Shown: in pieces, positions 45,468 to 55,064 of the stretch
How the letters are laid out: every line of letters begins with the position of its first letter
How positions within the stretch are numbered: the first letter of the stretch is position 1
NCBI GenBank assembly: GCA_944375955.1
Contig: CALWBE010000027.1
Location: 28,227-92,226 of the forward strand
Direction: 5' to 3'
DNA length: 64,000 nt
Source: an uncultured Clostridia bacterium
GTDB lineage: Bacteria; Bacillota; Clostridia; Oscillospirales; CAG-382
The notes under the pieces: generated by a model
What the model was told of the DNA's origin: nothing
Database searches by the model: none
The model's input: the letters and a program-made list of their open reading frames with translations, nothing else
Made by a program: the position numbers and the translations under genes

Positions 45468-47075
45468 TTACTTAAACAAACACAAGCCGTTTCTTGTTGC
45501 GATAATATCTTTATCTTTAACGGAACCTGAATCTGCAACAAAAAAATTGCTGCTTGATTTTAGAGGTACATATTCATCCCAGCTAACAGACACATTGTGA
45601 TAGCGTCCGTCTCCTCCAAGTACCGAAACGATATCGATCTGAGGAACAATATCATATGTATAAGCGGTAACGCATATTTCCTCGGCGTTATCTTTTGATT
45701 TTATAAAGCGCGACTTTAAAATCGCTTTAGTTTTTGTGCCGGAATGTACCATATATTCGCTGTCTGCAGCGTTAGCCAATGCCTCGCATTCTTTTTGTGA
45801 ATATTTCTGAGTCATATCGGGAATAGGATTAAGGGAATTAACAGGCCTTTCCTGATATATCGGTATTGCTAAAATAGGTGCGAAGTCAAAATATACAGCT
45901 TTAAAAAATTCGGTGTTCTTATTTATAAAATTTTCTTTTATAATATCAAAAGAATAAGAAATATAATCATCCGGCTCTAAATTTATTTTTCTTCCCTGGC
46001 TGTGGTTTGATATTATCTTATTCATGCGTTTAGTTTTTATAAAGCTGAAATCGTCACCGTATCCCGTATCCGACAGTATAAGATCAACCATATTTGTTTG
46101 AGCGAGAGGTGTAAATAAGGTTCTGTATTGTACTTCATCTGTTCTGTCAAGGGCGTCGAACAGTACTTCAAAATCGGAATTTGACATGCTCATAAAGTCG
46201 TCGTTTTGACTTATAGCTTCATCTGTCATTTTTTTCAGCTTTTTTTCGCCTTTCTTAACATACTTTTCGATTTGCTTATCATTTTTCAAATGAAGCAGCG
46301 AGGCGTCGCGGCTGAATGACAAATCAGGACCTCCCTGTGAGCCATAGTTTAAAACGACCTGATTTGTATAAAAAGGTTTAGGTTTTATAACTGAGGCATG
46401 CAAAGTTTGTGTTCTTGTCCGTCTGCGCCTTTTTCCGTCGGCATCTATATATGTTTCTGACCAGTGAATTGTTTTATAGCCGTGATAGGTTTCCGTTCCC
46501 ATGGTGTGAATGAGTTTGTTTTCGAAAACAAACGGATTTTCATTGTATTTTCCAGCAAGTACTTCTTGAGTTGTCTGCTGATCTTTATCCGGTTCGCAGA
46601 AATCAAAGTTTGTTATCATATCTGTTTCCTGCTTTGCGGAAAAACACGGTTCGAATGACAGTTGCGGAATAGTTGTTTCTATAATTTTTAAAGCGTCGCG
46701 GCATGTAAAAAGCCTGTTAAGAGGCAGCATTTGAGCTTGAGCCTCTTTTAAAAAAATTTCTGATTCTTGTTCGTTCTTTTCTATTTGATTTTTTAAATCG
46801 CGTATTTTAGGAGTTATTTTTAATATTACTACTGGTATAAGCAAAATTGTGATTATCATTAAAACTCTTATAATCTTAAAAAATGTCAGTTTTTTTCTAA
46901 TTTTTCTTAGGTTATCATTACAATTTATATAATTTTTTACGGTTTCATGGTTTTGATCTATATTTATACCTGATTGTTTTACAAGATTGTCAAAAAAACT
47001 GTTTGTGTTGTCTAAGTGCAAAGCTTTCAGGCTTTTTTCGTATTCTTCTAACGGGTTATAAATTACAGAATTCAC
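45468..47075 (-). CDS. Hypothetical membrane-anchored protein (535 aa), operon partner of LemA
   Basis: GTG start after AAAGGGGG. It has about 75 cytoplasmic residues, one TM helix (FFKIIRVLMIITILLIPVVILKI) and a short coiled coil, followed by a roughly 400-aa domain that I cannot assign. It ends 27 nt before lemA. Confidence 0.65.
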   Translation of the reverse strand: MNSVIYNPLEEYEKSLKALHLDNTNSFFDNLVKQSGINIDQNHETVKNYINCNDNLRKIRKKLTFFKIIRVLMIITILLIPVVILKITPKIRDLKNQIEKNEQESEIFLKEAQAQMLPLNRLFTCRDALKIIETTIPQLSFEPCFSAKQETDMITNFDFCEPDKDQQTTQEVLAGKYNENPFVFENKLIHTMGTETYHGYKTIHWSETYIDADGKRRRRTRTQTLHASVIKPKPFYTNQVVLNYGSQGGPDLSFSRDASLLHLKNDKQIEKYVKKGEKKLKKMTDEAISQNDDFMSMSNSDFEVLFDALDRTDEVQYRTLFTPLAQTNMVDLILSDTGYGDDFSFIKTKRMNKIISNHSQGRKINLEPDDYISYSFDIIKENFINKNTEFFKAVYFDFAPILAIPIYQERPVNSLNPIPDMTQKYSQKECEALANAADSEYMVHSGTKTKAILKSRFIKSKDNAEEICVTAYTYDIVPQIDIVSVLGGDGRYHNVSVSWDEYVPLKSSSNFFVADSGSVKDKDIIATRNGLCLFK

Positions 47076-47275
47076 GTTTTATCCCCCTTTTCTGATAGTA
47101 TATCATAAAATATTTGCTTTGTAAATAGTAAAAGGATAATGATAAAAGACATAAATTTGAATAAAAAAACTGACCATACACAATGATCGGTTTATTATTT
47201 TTATATAAGATGTAGATATAAACCGGAATTAAAATAAAATAAGCTTGGTGCAAAATTTTACACCAAGCTATGTTG

Positions 47276-47353
47276 TGGGGTGAGTAAAGAGATTCGAACC
47301 CTCGACCTTCAGGGCCACAACCTGACGCTCTAACCAGCTGAGCTATACCCACC
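47276..47353 (-). tRNA. tRNA-His (GTG)
   Basis: Hand-folded cloverleaf with anticodon loop TTGTGGC. There is an extra 5' G(-1) pairing with C73, as is typical of tRNA-His. CCA is encoded. Confidence 0.9.
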
Positions 47354-47397
47354 GTATATAAAAAAATTTCGCACGTGTGGCTGAATAACGGCGAAAA

Positions 47398-47474
47398 TGG
47401 CGTGCCTTGAGGGACTCGAACCCCCGACCTACTGCTTAGAAGGCAGTTGCTCTATCCAGCTGAGCTAAAAGCAC
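47398..47474 (-). tRNA. tRNA-Arg (TCT)
   Basis: Cloverleaf: acceptor GTGCTTT/AAGGCAC, anticodon stem ACTGC/GCAGT, loop CTTCTAA, T-arm GGGGG-TTCGAGT-CCCTC. CCA is encoded. Confidence 0.9.
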
Positions 47475-47491
47475 ATAGCCAAAGATAAAAA

Positions 47492-47565
47492 TGGAGCGGG
47501 TGATGGGAATCGAACCCACGCAATCAGCTTGGAAGGCTGAGATTCTACCATTGAACTACACCCGC
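47492..47565 (-). tRNA. tRNA-Gly (TCC)
   Basis: Cloverleaf: acceptor GCGGGTG/CACCCGC, anticodon stem TCAGC/GCTGA, loop CTTCCAA, T-loop TTCGATT. CCA is encoded. Confidence 0.9.
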
Positions 47566-47687
47566 ATACCGCAAATATAATGCGTAAATGTCATATCATT
47601 TAACCGCTCATATATATTACCATATTAAAGGCGGTTTGTCAATACTTTTGGAAAAAAATATTATAAAAACTTTATAAAAAATAATAT

Positions 47688-47719
47688 GCGCGGATCACGT
47701 TATTATAGCGGATCCGCGC
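47688..47719 (-). terminator. gyrA terminator
   Basis: GCGCGGATC / GATCCGCGC, a 9-bp stem. On the minus strand it is followed by a U-rich tail (ATATTATTTTTT). Confidence 0.7.
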
Positions 47720-47797
47720 AGGGGAATATTGATGTATATTTATATAAAAATAAAACTAAGAAGAATGAAGTAATAACCGTGATTTAAACAAAATTAA

Positions 47798-50386
47798 TTA
47801 TTTGACGTTCTCTGCGGTTTCTTCTGAATTTTCATCTGCGTTAACATTAACATTTTCATTTTCGTATGAAACTGAATCTGGGGACTCAGAGCTTTCATTT
47901 ATCTGTTCCGTCTCAGAGTTTGAATCGTCTTTTTCTTCCTCGGGAGCTACTGGTGTAAAGCCTACTATAACAGTATTTTCAGGGACTTTCATTATAGTTA
48001 CTCCGCCTGCAGTGCGGCTGTAGGTATTGATACTTGCTATCTTTGTGCGTATGATGGTGCCTGTATCGGTAATAAGCATGACATCTTCGTCCTCACTTAC
48101 TGCCGCAATGCCGCACAGCTTGCCGTACTTGCCGTTTATATTATGGCATCTGACACCTTTTCCTCCGCGGTTATGAATAGGAAATTCCTCCTGGAGAGTA
48201 CGTTTGCCAAATCCGTTTTCTGTAATTGAAAGTATTTGTCTGCCGTCGCCGGGTTTTACTGCAGCTGCTCCTACCACATAATCATCTTCTGCAAGTTCTA
48301 TTGCTTTTACTCCTCTGGCGGTGCGGCCTAATGTTCTGGCTTTTTCTTCGGTAAAGTGAACTGCCATACCGTTGTGAGTTGCTATTATTATATGATTTTT
48401 GCCGTCTGTTTTTAATACATATAACAGCTCGTCACCGTCATCAAGATTTATGGCAATAAGGCCGTTTCGTCTTGCATTTTTATATTCAGTAAGCAAAGTT
48501 CTCTTGATAACACCCTGCTTTGTTATCATGGTAAGATATTCATTTTCAGAAAATTCACCTACTGAAATATATGCAGTTATTTTCTCATCCGGAGAAAGCT
48601 CGATAACGTTTATAAGATTTGTGCCTTTAGACCCTTTTGAAGACTCTGGAATTTCATAGCACTTTTTAATAAATACTTTTCCGAAATTGGAAAACATAAG
48701 CAGATAGTTATGCGAGTGTGAAATGAATACATTTTCTACGAAATCCTCTTCTTTGGTATGCATGGCTGTTATACCCTTGCCGCCGCGTCTCTGTGCTGAA
48801 TAAGTGTCGGCAGGCATTCTCTTTATATATCCGGCATGAGATATTGTTATTACACAATCTTCTCTTGCGATAAGATCTTCCATAAGTATTTCATTTTCTA
48901 CAGGTATTATTTCTGTACGGCGTTCATCTCCGTAGCGTCTGCGTATATCAAGAAGCTCTTGCTTGACTATTTCTCCAACTTTTGTTTCGTCTGCAAGTAT
49001 TCCTTCAATTTCCTCTATTTTAGCATGCAGTGATTCTAATTCGTCAATAAGTTTTTCTATTTCAAGACCTGACAGGCGTCCAAGCGGCATCTGCACAATT
49101 TCCTGAGATTGTATTTCAGTTATATTGTATCTCGCTATAAGAGCGTCTTTAGCATCCTGTATAGTTTTTGAAGCACGTATAATCGATATAACGTCATCAA
49201 TATTGTTTATTGCTATCATCAAACCTTCGACAATATGAGCGCGCTTTTTTGCCTTGTCGAGATCATATCTCAGACGGTTTTCTACAACATTCAGCTGATG
49301 ACGTATATAGTGCTGAAGTATCTGCTTTAAAGTGAGAACTTTAGGTTCACCGTTTACAAGTGCAAGCATGTTCATAGCACATGTATCTTGAAGCTGGGTG
49401 TATTTATACAGTTGATTAAGAAGAATAGTTGCATTTACATCTCGCCTTACGTCAATGACTATTCTCATACCGCCGCGCCCGGATTCGTCACGTATAGCTG
49501 TTATTCCATCAACTCTTTTTTCCTTTACAAGATCTGCTATACTTGATACAAGAGAGCTCTTGTTTACCATATATGGTATTTCAGTGACAACGATAGAGGT
49601 TTTTCCGTGATTTTCTTCAAAAGTGGCTTTTGCACGCACCATTACTTTGCCACGTCCGGTAGCATATGCCTCTAAGATTCCGGATGTCCCGTATATCTGA
49701 CCGTAGGTTGGGAAATCAGGACCTTTAATAAACTGAAGCAGATCGGAAAGTTCTGCATCCGGATGCTCAAGAAGATAGACGGTGCCGTCAATGACTTCGG
49801 TCATATTGTGAGGAGGAATATTTGTAGCCATACCGACTGCTATTCCTATTGATCCGTTTACAAGTATATTCGGAAATCTTGAAGGCAGTACAGTAGGTTC
49901 TTTGAGTTTATTATCAAAGTTGGGCATAAACTCAACGACGTTTTTATCGATATCCGCCATCATCTCTTCTGTTATCCGCGCCATTCTGGCTTCAGTATAA
50001 CGATATGCGGCTGCCCCGTCTCCGTCTACGTTGCCGAAATTTCCGTGACCTTCTACCAAAGGATAGCGCAGTGAAAATGGCTGTGCAAGCCTAACCATAG
50101 CGTCATATACAGCTCCGTCTCCATGCGGATGATAGTGACCGAGAACATTTCCGACGGTGGTAGCAGATTTCCTGAACGGCTTATTATATGAAAGACCGTC
50201 TTCATGCATAGCGTAAAGTATTCGTCTGTGTACTGGCTTTAAACCGTCTCTTACGTCAGGAAGAGCGCGGTCGATTATAACAGACATGGCATATTCAATA
50301 AATGAGCGCTTTACTTCCTTTTCAATTTCAACATTTAATATTTTATCACGGAAGGCAGTTTTTTCGTCTCTTATTTCTTCATCCAT
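47798..50386 (-). CDS. gyrA: DNA gyrase subunit A
   Basis: 862 aa. [21 protein letters not shown] and active-site Tyr block [11 protein letters not shown]. The C-terminal beta-pinwheel repeats end in an acidic tail. Confidence 0.96.
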   Translation of the reverse strand: MDEEIRDEKTAFRDKILNVEIEKEVKRSFIEYAMSVIIDRALPDVRDGLKPVHRRILYAMHEDGLSYNKPFRKSATTVGNVLGHYHPHGDGAVYDAMVRLAQPFSLRYPLVEGHGNFGNVDGDGAAAYRYTEARMARITEEMMADIDKNVVEFMPNFDNKLKEPTVLPSRFPNILVNGSIGIAVGMATNIPPHNMTEVIDGTVYLLEHPDAELSDLLQFIKGPDFPTYGQIYGTSGILEAYATGRGKVMVRAKATFEENHGKTSIVVTEIPYMVNKSSLVSSIADLVKEKRVDGITAIRDESGRGGMRIVIDVRRDVNATILLNQLYKYTQLQDTCAMNMLALVNGEPKVLTLKQILQHYIRHQLNVVENRLRYDLDKAKKRAHIVEGLMIAINNIDDVISIIRASKTIQDAKDALIARYNITEIQSQEIVQMPLGRLSGLEIEKLIDELESLHAKIEEIEGILADETKVGEIVKQELLDIRRRYGDERRTEIIPVENEILMEDLIAREDCVITISHAGYIKRMPADTYSAQRRGGKGITAMHTKEEDFVENVFISHSHNYLLMFSNFGKVFIKKCYEIPESSKGSKGTNLINVIELSPDEKITAYISVGEFSENEYLTMITKQGVIKRTLLTEYKNARRNGLIAINLDDGDELLYVLKTDGKNHIIIATHNGMAVHFTEEKARTLGRTARGVKAIELAEDDYVVGAAAVKPGDGRQILSITENGFGKRTLQEEFPIHNRGGKGVRCHNINGKYGKLCGIAAVSEDEDVMLITDTGTIIRTKIASINTYSRTAGGVTIMKVPENTVIVGFTPVAPEEEKDDSNSETEQINESSESPDSVSYENENVNVNADENSEETAENVK

Positions 50387-50492
50387 TTAGGTTGTCCTCT
50401 CTTGTACATGTAATATGTTGTATTTAATCTTAATCTTTTAAAATACGGAGTTGGAAGATTAAAATATATAACTCATCCGGTAATTTAAAAAT

Positions 50493-52280
50493 TCAAGCTG
50501 CGTCAGAAGTCGAATTTTGTTCTTGCTGCTGTTTCTGTTCCTGTTCTTGCTTTAAATGTTCTTCATATTCTTGGCGTGCAGCTTCTTCCTGTGCTTCTAT
50601 CATAGCATCATACTTATTTTTCTCGATAACATACTCATTTGCAAGCCTTTTTCCGCGAGAGTTGTTCTGAAGATACAGCTTTGCAACATCAAGCTGAGAG
50701 TCGATATAAATGTATTTGTCTTTATAGGAATTTATAGTTGCAGTCATATAAGTAACCATTTCGGAAGATACATTTCTGTCAGGATTTTTGTCATTCATAA
50801 CAATACGTTTGTATATCATTACCGCAGCTTCTGTAGAATCGTCGCAGTAACCGTCAACGGCGCTCTTCCTCAAAAGTCCGAGAATTTCAAATCTCTGTTC
50901 AAGTGCAAGGGTAGGATCATTTTTCTCGCCGTTTTTGATTTGAACAAAATTTTCGTGATTGAAATAAGCAAGTCCTGAAGGGAAATCATATTTTCTCGGA
51001 ACAAGCGGAACCGCTATATCAGGCTGAAGACCTATTGAGTTGTATGAATTTTTGTCTGCTGTGAGTATTTCAAAATTAGTTATCGTAAACGCATCGCCGT
51101 TGATAACATTGTACACATTCTGTCCCAAAGCTTTTCCGTATGACTGCTCGCCTATGAGAACAGCACCGAGCTGTGAATTAAGTATATAAGCGAAAAGTTC
51201 TGCGGCACTTGCAGAGTTTTCATTTATTAAAACTGCATATTCTTCGAAAGAGTCTCCGATATATTCTCCTTCAGAATAAACTGCAAGCGGCTCTTCAGCG
51301 TTTCTCGAATTTATGTAGAACATTACTTTTTCACCGTTGGTAAAAAGACTTCCGAGTGAAATTGCCGCATCAAAATATCCTCCGGGATTGTCGCGCAGAT
51401 CTATTATGAGTTTTTTACATCCTGCAGCTTTAGCTTCGTTAAAAGCATCTTTGAACTGATCGACAACATTAGGCGTATCGAAAGCAGTTATTTGTATTGT
51501 TGCTATTAAAGTATCTTTGTCTATAGAGAGGTATACATCTTTATTAACAGCGGTGCCTTTAGGCAGACTTATTTCCACAAGGGATTTTGTACCGTCGCTG
51601 TTTGTACGTTCAAAAACCATTGCAACTTCTTTGGCGGGATCCCAATTAAGAGTATTGTATTCTTTCAGCTTTTCCGGATCGACATTTTGTTCTTTATATG
51701 TGTTATATATTTTTGAAAGAGAAGGATCTTTGTCTGTAAAAGGCATAAAGTTAAGAAGATATTTTATACCTGTAACAGTTAAACCTTCAACGTTTATTCC
51801 GTCCAGAGAAACAAATCTGTCACCGGGGAGAATTCCGGCAAAAGCGGCATTTGACTGAGGAAGAATTTCAGTGACATATACGCCTTCGGTAGATTTTCTC
51901 GGATCGTCGGGATCAAAAGAATCGGAATCAGCGACTACAATACCGTAAGACTTGCTTGTAGAAGACATAAAATCAGAATTTGCTGTATAATAAGCGCTGT
52001 AGGGGTCGTTTGCAGACAGAAGGGAATTTGCAAGAGCTGCGAGCATATATGGGTTTTGCTGAAGATAATTGTAAAGCATATTGTCGATTAAAGTCTGCCT
52101 GTCAGTTTCATAAAGGCTTGTCTCGAGGTATAGATCTATTATTTCTTGAAGCAACTGATAATTTGCTTCGCCTTGAGATTCTGCGATGCTGGTTGCGTAT
52201 GCGGATATATTAAGACTGCTTGACAGCAATATCATAGCTGCCAGAAGAAAAGTTAAATATTTTTTCAAGATCTTTTTCAT
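50493..52280 (-). CDS. S41 family C-terminal processing peptidase with PDZ and a peptidoglycan-binding-like domain
   Basis: 595 aa with a signal peptide. PDZ-like block (VTEILPQSNAAFAGILPGDRFVSLDG) and the S41 catalytic Ser block INENSASAAELFA with downstream SYGKALGQ. Confidence 0.85.
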   Translation of the reverse strand: MKKILKKYLTFLLAAMILLSSSLNISAYATSIAESQGEANYQLLQEIIDLYLETSLYETDRQTLIDNMLYNYLQQNPYMLAALANSLLSANDPYSAYYTANSDFMSSTSKSYGIVVADSDSFDPDDPRKSTEGVYVTEILPQSNAAFAGILPGDRFVSLDGINVEGLTVTGIKYLLNFMPFTDKDPSLSKIYNTYKEQNVDPEKLKEYNTLNWDPAKEVAMVFERTNSDGTKSLVEISLPKGTAVNKDVYLSIDKDTLIATIQITAFDTPNVVDQFKDAFNEAKAAGCKKLIIDLRDNPGGYFDAAISLGSLFTNGEKVMFYINSRNAEEPLAVYSEGEYIGDSFEEYAVLINENSASAAELFAYILNSQLGAVLIGEQSYGKALGQNVYNVINGDAFTITNFEILTADKNSYNSIGLQPDIAVPLVPRKYDFPSGLAYFNHENFVQIKNGEKNDPTLALEQRFEILGLLRKSAVDGYCDDSTEAAVMIYKRIVMNDKNPDRNVSSEMVTYMTATINSYKDKYIYIDSQLDVAKLYLQNNSRGKRLANEYVIEKNKYDAMIEAQEEAARQEYEEHLKQEQEQKQQQEQNSTSDAA

Positions 52281-52299
52281 TTTTTCCCTTCCTTTACAT

Positions 52300-53031
52300 T
52301 TAAATATTTTTGTTTATGTCATATAGTTTTGAAATCTCAAATTTGATTTTGGAATTTTCACATTTTACCGCTCCTACTTCTACTGTATAATCAAGCTCAA
52401 GGGAGCCGGTAAGATCATCCCTAATACTGCAGCTGAGTTTTTTCGTATTTACTGAAAAATCTACCGTTATATCGTCAGGTAGCAAAAAAGACTCATTTGA
52501 GACTGGATAATCAACTGATTGCATAGTTCTTTTTTCTTTAAGAAAAGATATATTTGAAAAAGGAGAAAACGGAAATACAGCCGATACTGTATCTTCTCCC
52601 GTTATACAGACAGTACCGGGCATTACGGCTCCGTATTGTATAACTATTGAATTGCCTGCCTGCACTGAAATATTTCCGAGATATGAGCAGTCAAGACGGC
52701 AAGGCGATGGATTAAATACCTTTTTTGCAACTGTAAATTTTTTGTCGACAGTTTTCATTATGTTGTTTCTTATATTGCAGTATTTGGCGACATAGCTGTC
52801 TTGAAGGGTCGGAAAAAAAGCAAAGTAATCGTCAAGTATACCGGGCATATGGGATATTGCGGGAGAAACATGAGGATTGTCACAATAATCTTGAGACGAC
52901 GAAAAAAAAGCTATGCCGTATGGATTTGTATAAAGCTTCCTGTCAGCAAAAAAATGTTCCCCGGAAACTGTTATTCTGCAGTTTGGCGTAAACATTTCAG
53001 TAAGAAGAAGCGATTTAATATCTTCGGTCAT
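52300..53031 (-). CDS. Hypothetical protein
   Basis: 243-aa ORF co-oriented between murI and the S41 peptidase gene. No recognisable motif and no obvious RBS. Confidence 0.4.
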   Translation of the reverse strand: MTEDIKSLLLTEMFTPNCRITVSGEHFFADRKLYTNPYGIAFFSSSQDYCDNPHVSPAISHMPGILDDYFAFFPTLQDSYVAKYCNIRNNIMKTVDKKFTVAKKVFNPSPCRLDCSYLGNISVQAGNSIVIQYGAVMPGTVCITGEDTVSAVFPFSPFSNISFLKEKRTMQSVDYPVSNESFLLPDDITVDFSVNTKKLSCSIRDDLTGSLELDYTVEVGAVKCENSKIKFEISKLYDINKNI

Positions 53032-53088
53032 TTTATATTATAGAATTGCCTTTCACGAATTGTTTTGAAAAATAAATCGGCTGTTATT

Positions 53089-53907
53089 TTAAAGCGATAC
53101 TTTTGTCACATTTTCCGTAGGCTCACCCAAAAAAATAGAGGCAGTCGCTTTAAAGTTTTGCGTTTCGTCGCTTACGAAAAATCTGACTGAACCCCCAGAG
53201 TTACCATTCAAAAGATTACGTTCGCTTAAAAGCTGTTTTGCAGCAAGCGCAGACTCGTATCCGGAATCGATGATTTTTATATCATGCCCCAATATTTCGG
53301 CTGCGACGGAGGAGATAAGACCGCTTATTATAGGGTAGTGGGTACAGCCGAGAATTAAGGTATCGGCACCTGTTCCTTTAAGCTTTGATAAGTATTCTGA
53401 AGCGATAATCCGAGTAACCTCACAGTTTTCAGATATGTATCCGGCTTCTATAAGCGGAACAAACATCGGACATGCAACAGAAAATACGCTGAGGCTGGCG
53501 TCAAGTTTCATAAGTTCGGATTCATAAGCTTTTTTGCTGATAGTTGCCGGCGTTGCAAATACCGCGATCTTTCCGTTTGCCGACGAAGAATATGCAGCGG
53601 CACATGCCGGCTTTATAGCTCCAATTATAGGGAGGTCAAATTTTTTTTCAAGAGAGGGAAGCGCCACAGCACTGACGGTGCCGCAGGCTACGACAGCCAT
53701 TTTTATATCAAATCCGGAAAGAAATTTCATATCATCGTAAGCGTATTGTATGACTGTTTCAAAAGAACGGGTACCGTAAGGAACCCTCCCGGTATCTCCG
53801 AAATATATAAAGTGCTCATCGGGCAGAATTTTTCTAAGTTGCTTTATGGCAGTAAGCCCGCCGAGTCCGGAATCGAAAACCCCGATCGCACTGTTTTTAT
53901 CTGACAT
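53089..53907 (-). CDS. murI: Glutamate racemase
   Basis: 272 aa. IGVFDSGLGGLT, and the two catalytic Cys blocks VVACGTVSA and LILGCTHYP. Confidence 0.93.
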   Translation of the reverse strand: MSDKNSAIGVFDSGLGGLTAIKQLRKILPDEHFIYFGDTGRVPYGTRSFETVIQYAYDDMKFLSGFDIKMAVVACGTVSAVALPSLEKKFDLPIIGAIKPACAAAYSSSANGKIAVFATPATISKKAYESELMKLDASLSVFSVACPMFVPLIEAGYISENCEVTRIIASEYLSKLKGTGADTLILGCTHYPIISGLISSVAAEILGHDIKIIDSGYESALAAKQLLSERNLLNGNSGGSVRFFVSDETQNFKATASIFLGEPTENVTKVSL

Positions 53908-54066
53908 ATAAGCTCCAGGATTTAAAAAATTATTACATTATATTATATCATTTTTTTTAAATTATGTCAAATAAAATCTACTGTAATTTAAAAAATATAA
54001 GTACATATTATTTACAAAAATACCACTTTTGAGTATAATATAAATAAATATAATGCGGAGTTTGAA

Positions 54067-54951
54067 ATGATGTATACAAAACACGAAAAAAACGGCATTC
54101 TTTATTATACAAGTCCTCTTTTTGACAGGTATGAAATCCCGCATATGTTTGCGGCAAGATTTGGCGGAGTCAGCAAAGGAGTCTTTTGCTCTTTAAATAT
54201 ATCTCAGAACAGAAAAAATTTATACGGCGATTGCGACAGTCCTGAAAATATAAGAGAGAATATAAGACGCGCCCTTAAAATCATAGAGCGTGACGAGAGC
54301 ACGGCAGCTATGATGAAACAGATACATTCAGACTTGGTATGTGTCGCCCATAGCACATGTAAAGAGGTTTTTGATTCGAAAATCGATTTTCAGGAATGCG
54401 ACGGACTTCTTTCCATGAAAGGTGAGGGAAGAATAGATACGGTTTGTGTAAAAACAGCGGATTGTGTGCCGGTCCTTTTGTATGATATAAAAAATGACAT
54501 GATATGCGGAATACATGCCGGATGGCGCGGTACAGTAAGCAATATATGCGGAAACGCTGTAAAAATAATTAGAAAGATTAACAGTGACGCAGAGATCATA
54601 GCGGCGATAGGCCCCTGCATTCAAAGCTGTTGTTATGAAGTCGATGATAAGGTGTACGGTGCGGCGATGTATACGTCTGATATGCTTAAGATTGACCGCA
54701 ACCTTACAGACAGCTGCTTTGCGGAAAGATATTTTTCGGAAAACGGGCAGAAGTATAAGGCATCATTATCTGGCCTGAATAGAATTTTTCTTGAACATGC
54801 AGGAGTCAAGAAGGAGAACATATCCGAATCAGAAATGTGCACATGCTGTTTCAAAGATGAATGCGAATGCCTGGAAAATGTTTTTTTCTCTCACAGAGCT
54901 TCTGCCGGACATTCTGGGACACAGATGAGCGCAATTTCGTTGAGAATTTAG
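54067..54951 (+). CDS. pgeF: Peptidoglycan editing factor PgeF (YfiH/DUF152, purine nucleoside phosphorylase/laccase-domain family)
   Basis: 294 aa. MKQIHSDLV, CDGLLS, KTADCVPVLLYD, GIHAGWRGT. An unusual Cys-rich stretch (CTCCFKDECECLE) lies near the C-terminus. Confidence 0.85.
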   Translation: MMYTKHEKNGILYYTSPLFDRYEIPHMFAARFGGVSKGVFCSLNISQNRKNLYGDCDSPENIRENIRRALKIIERDESTAAMMKQIHSDLVCVAHSTCKEVFDSKIDFQECDGLLSMKGEGRIDTVCVKTADCVPVLLYDIKNDMICGIHAGWRGTVSNICGNAVKIIRKINSDAEIIAAIGPCIQSCCYEVDDKVYGAAMYTSDMLKIDRNLTDSCFAERYFSENGQKYKASLSGLNRIFLEHAGVKKENISESEMCTCCFKDECECLENVFFSHRASAGHSGTQMSAISLRI

Positions 54952-55015
54952 AATATACATTAACAGCATATAAATTTATTATTAAATTTGTTATTACGGC
55001 TTATACAGATAAAAA

Positions 55016-55050
55016 CGCCATGGATATGAACTTATCCATGGCGTTTTTTT
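55016..55050. terminator. Bidirectional terminator between pgeF and pckG
   Basis: CGCCATGGATA / TATCCATGGCG, an 11-bp perfect stem flanked by AAAAA and TTTTTTT. Confidence 0.85.
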
Positions 55051-55064
55051 ATTTAATTTTTAAA

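Noticed and set aside
47056-47352. 98-aa minus-strand ORF starting MGIAQLVRASGCGPEGRGFES
   Set aside because: It is a translation across tRNA-His and the AT-rich spacer, so it is a tRNA artefact.
47798-50386. gyrA not preceded by gyrB
   Set aside because: It is worth noting, but split gyrB/gyrA loci are common in bacteria, so it is not reported as a finding.
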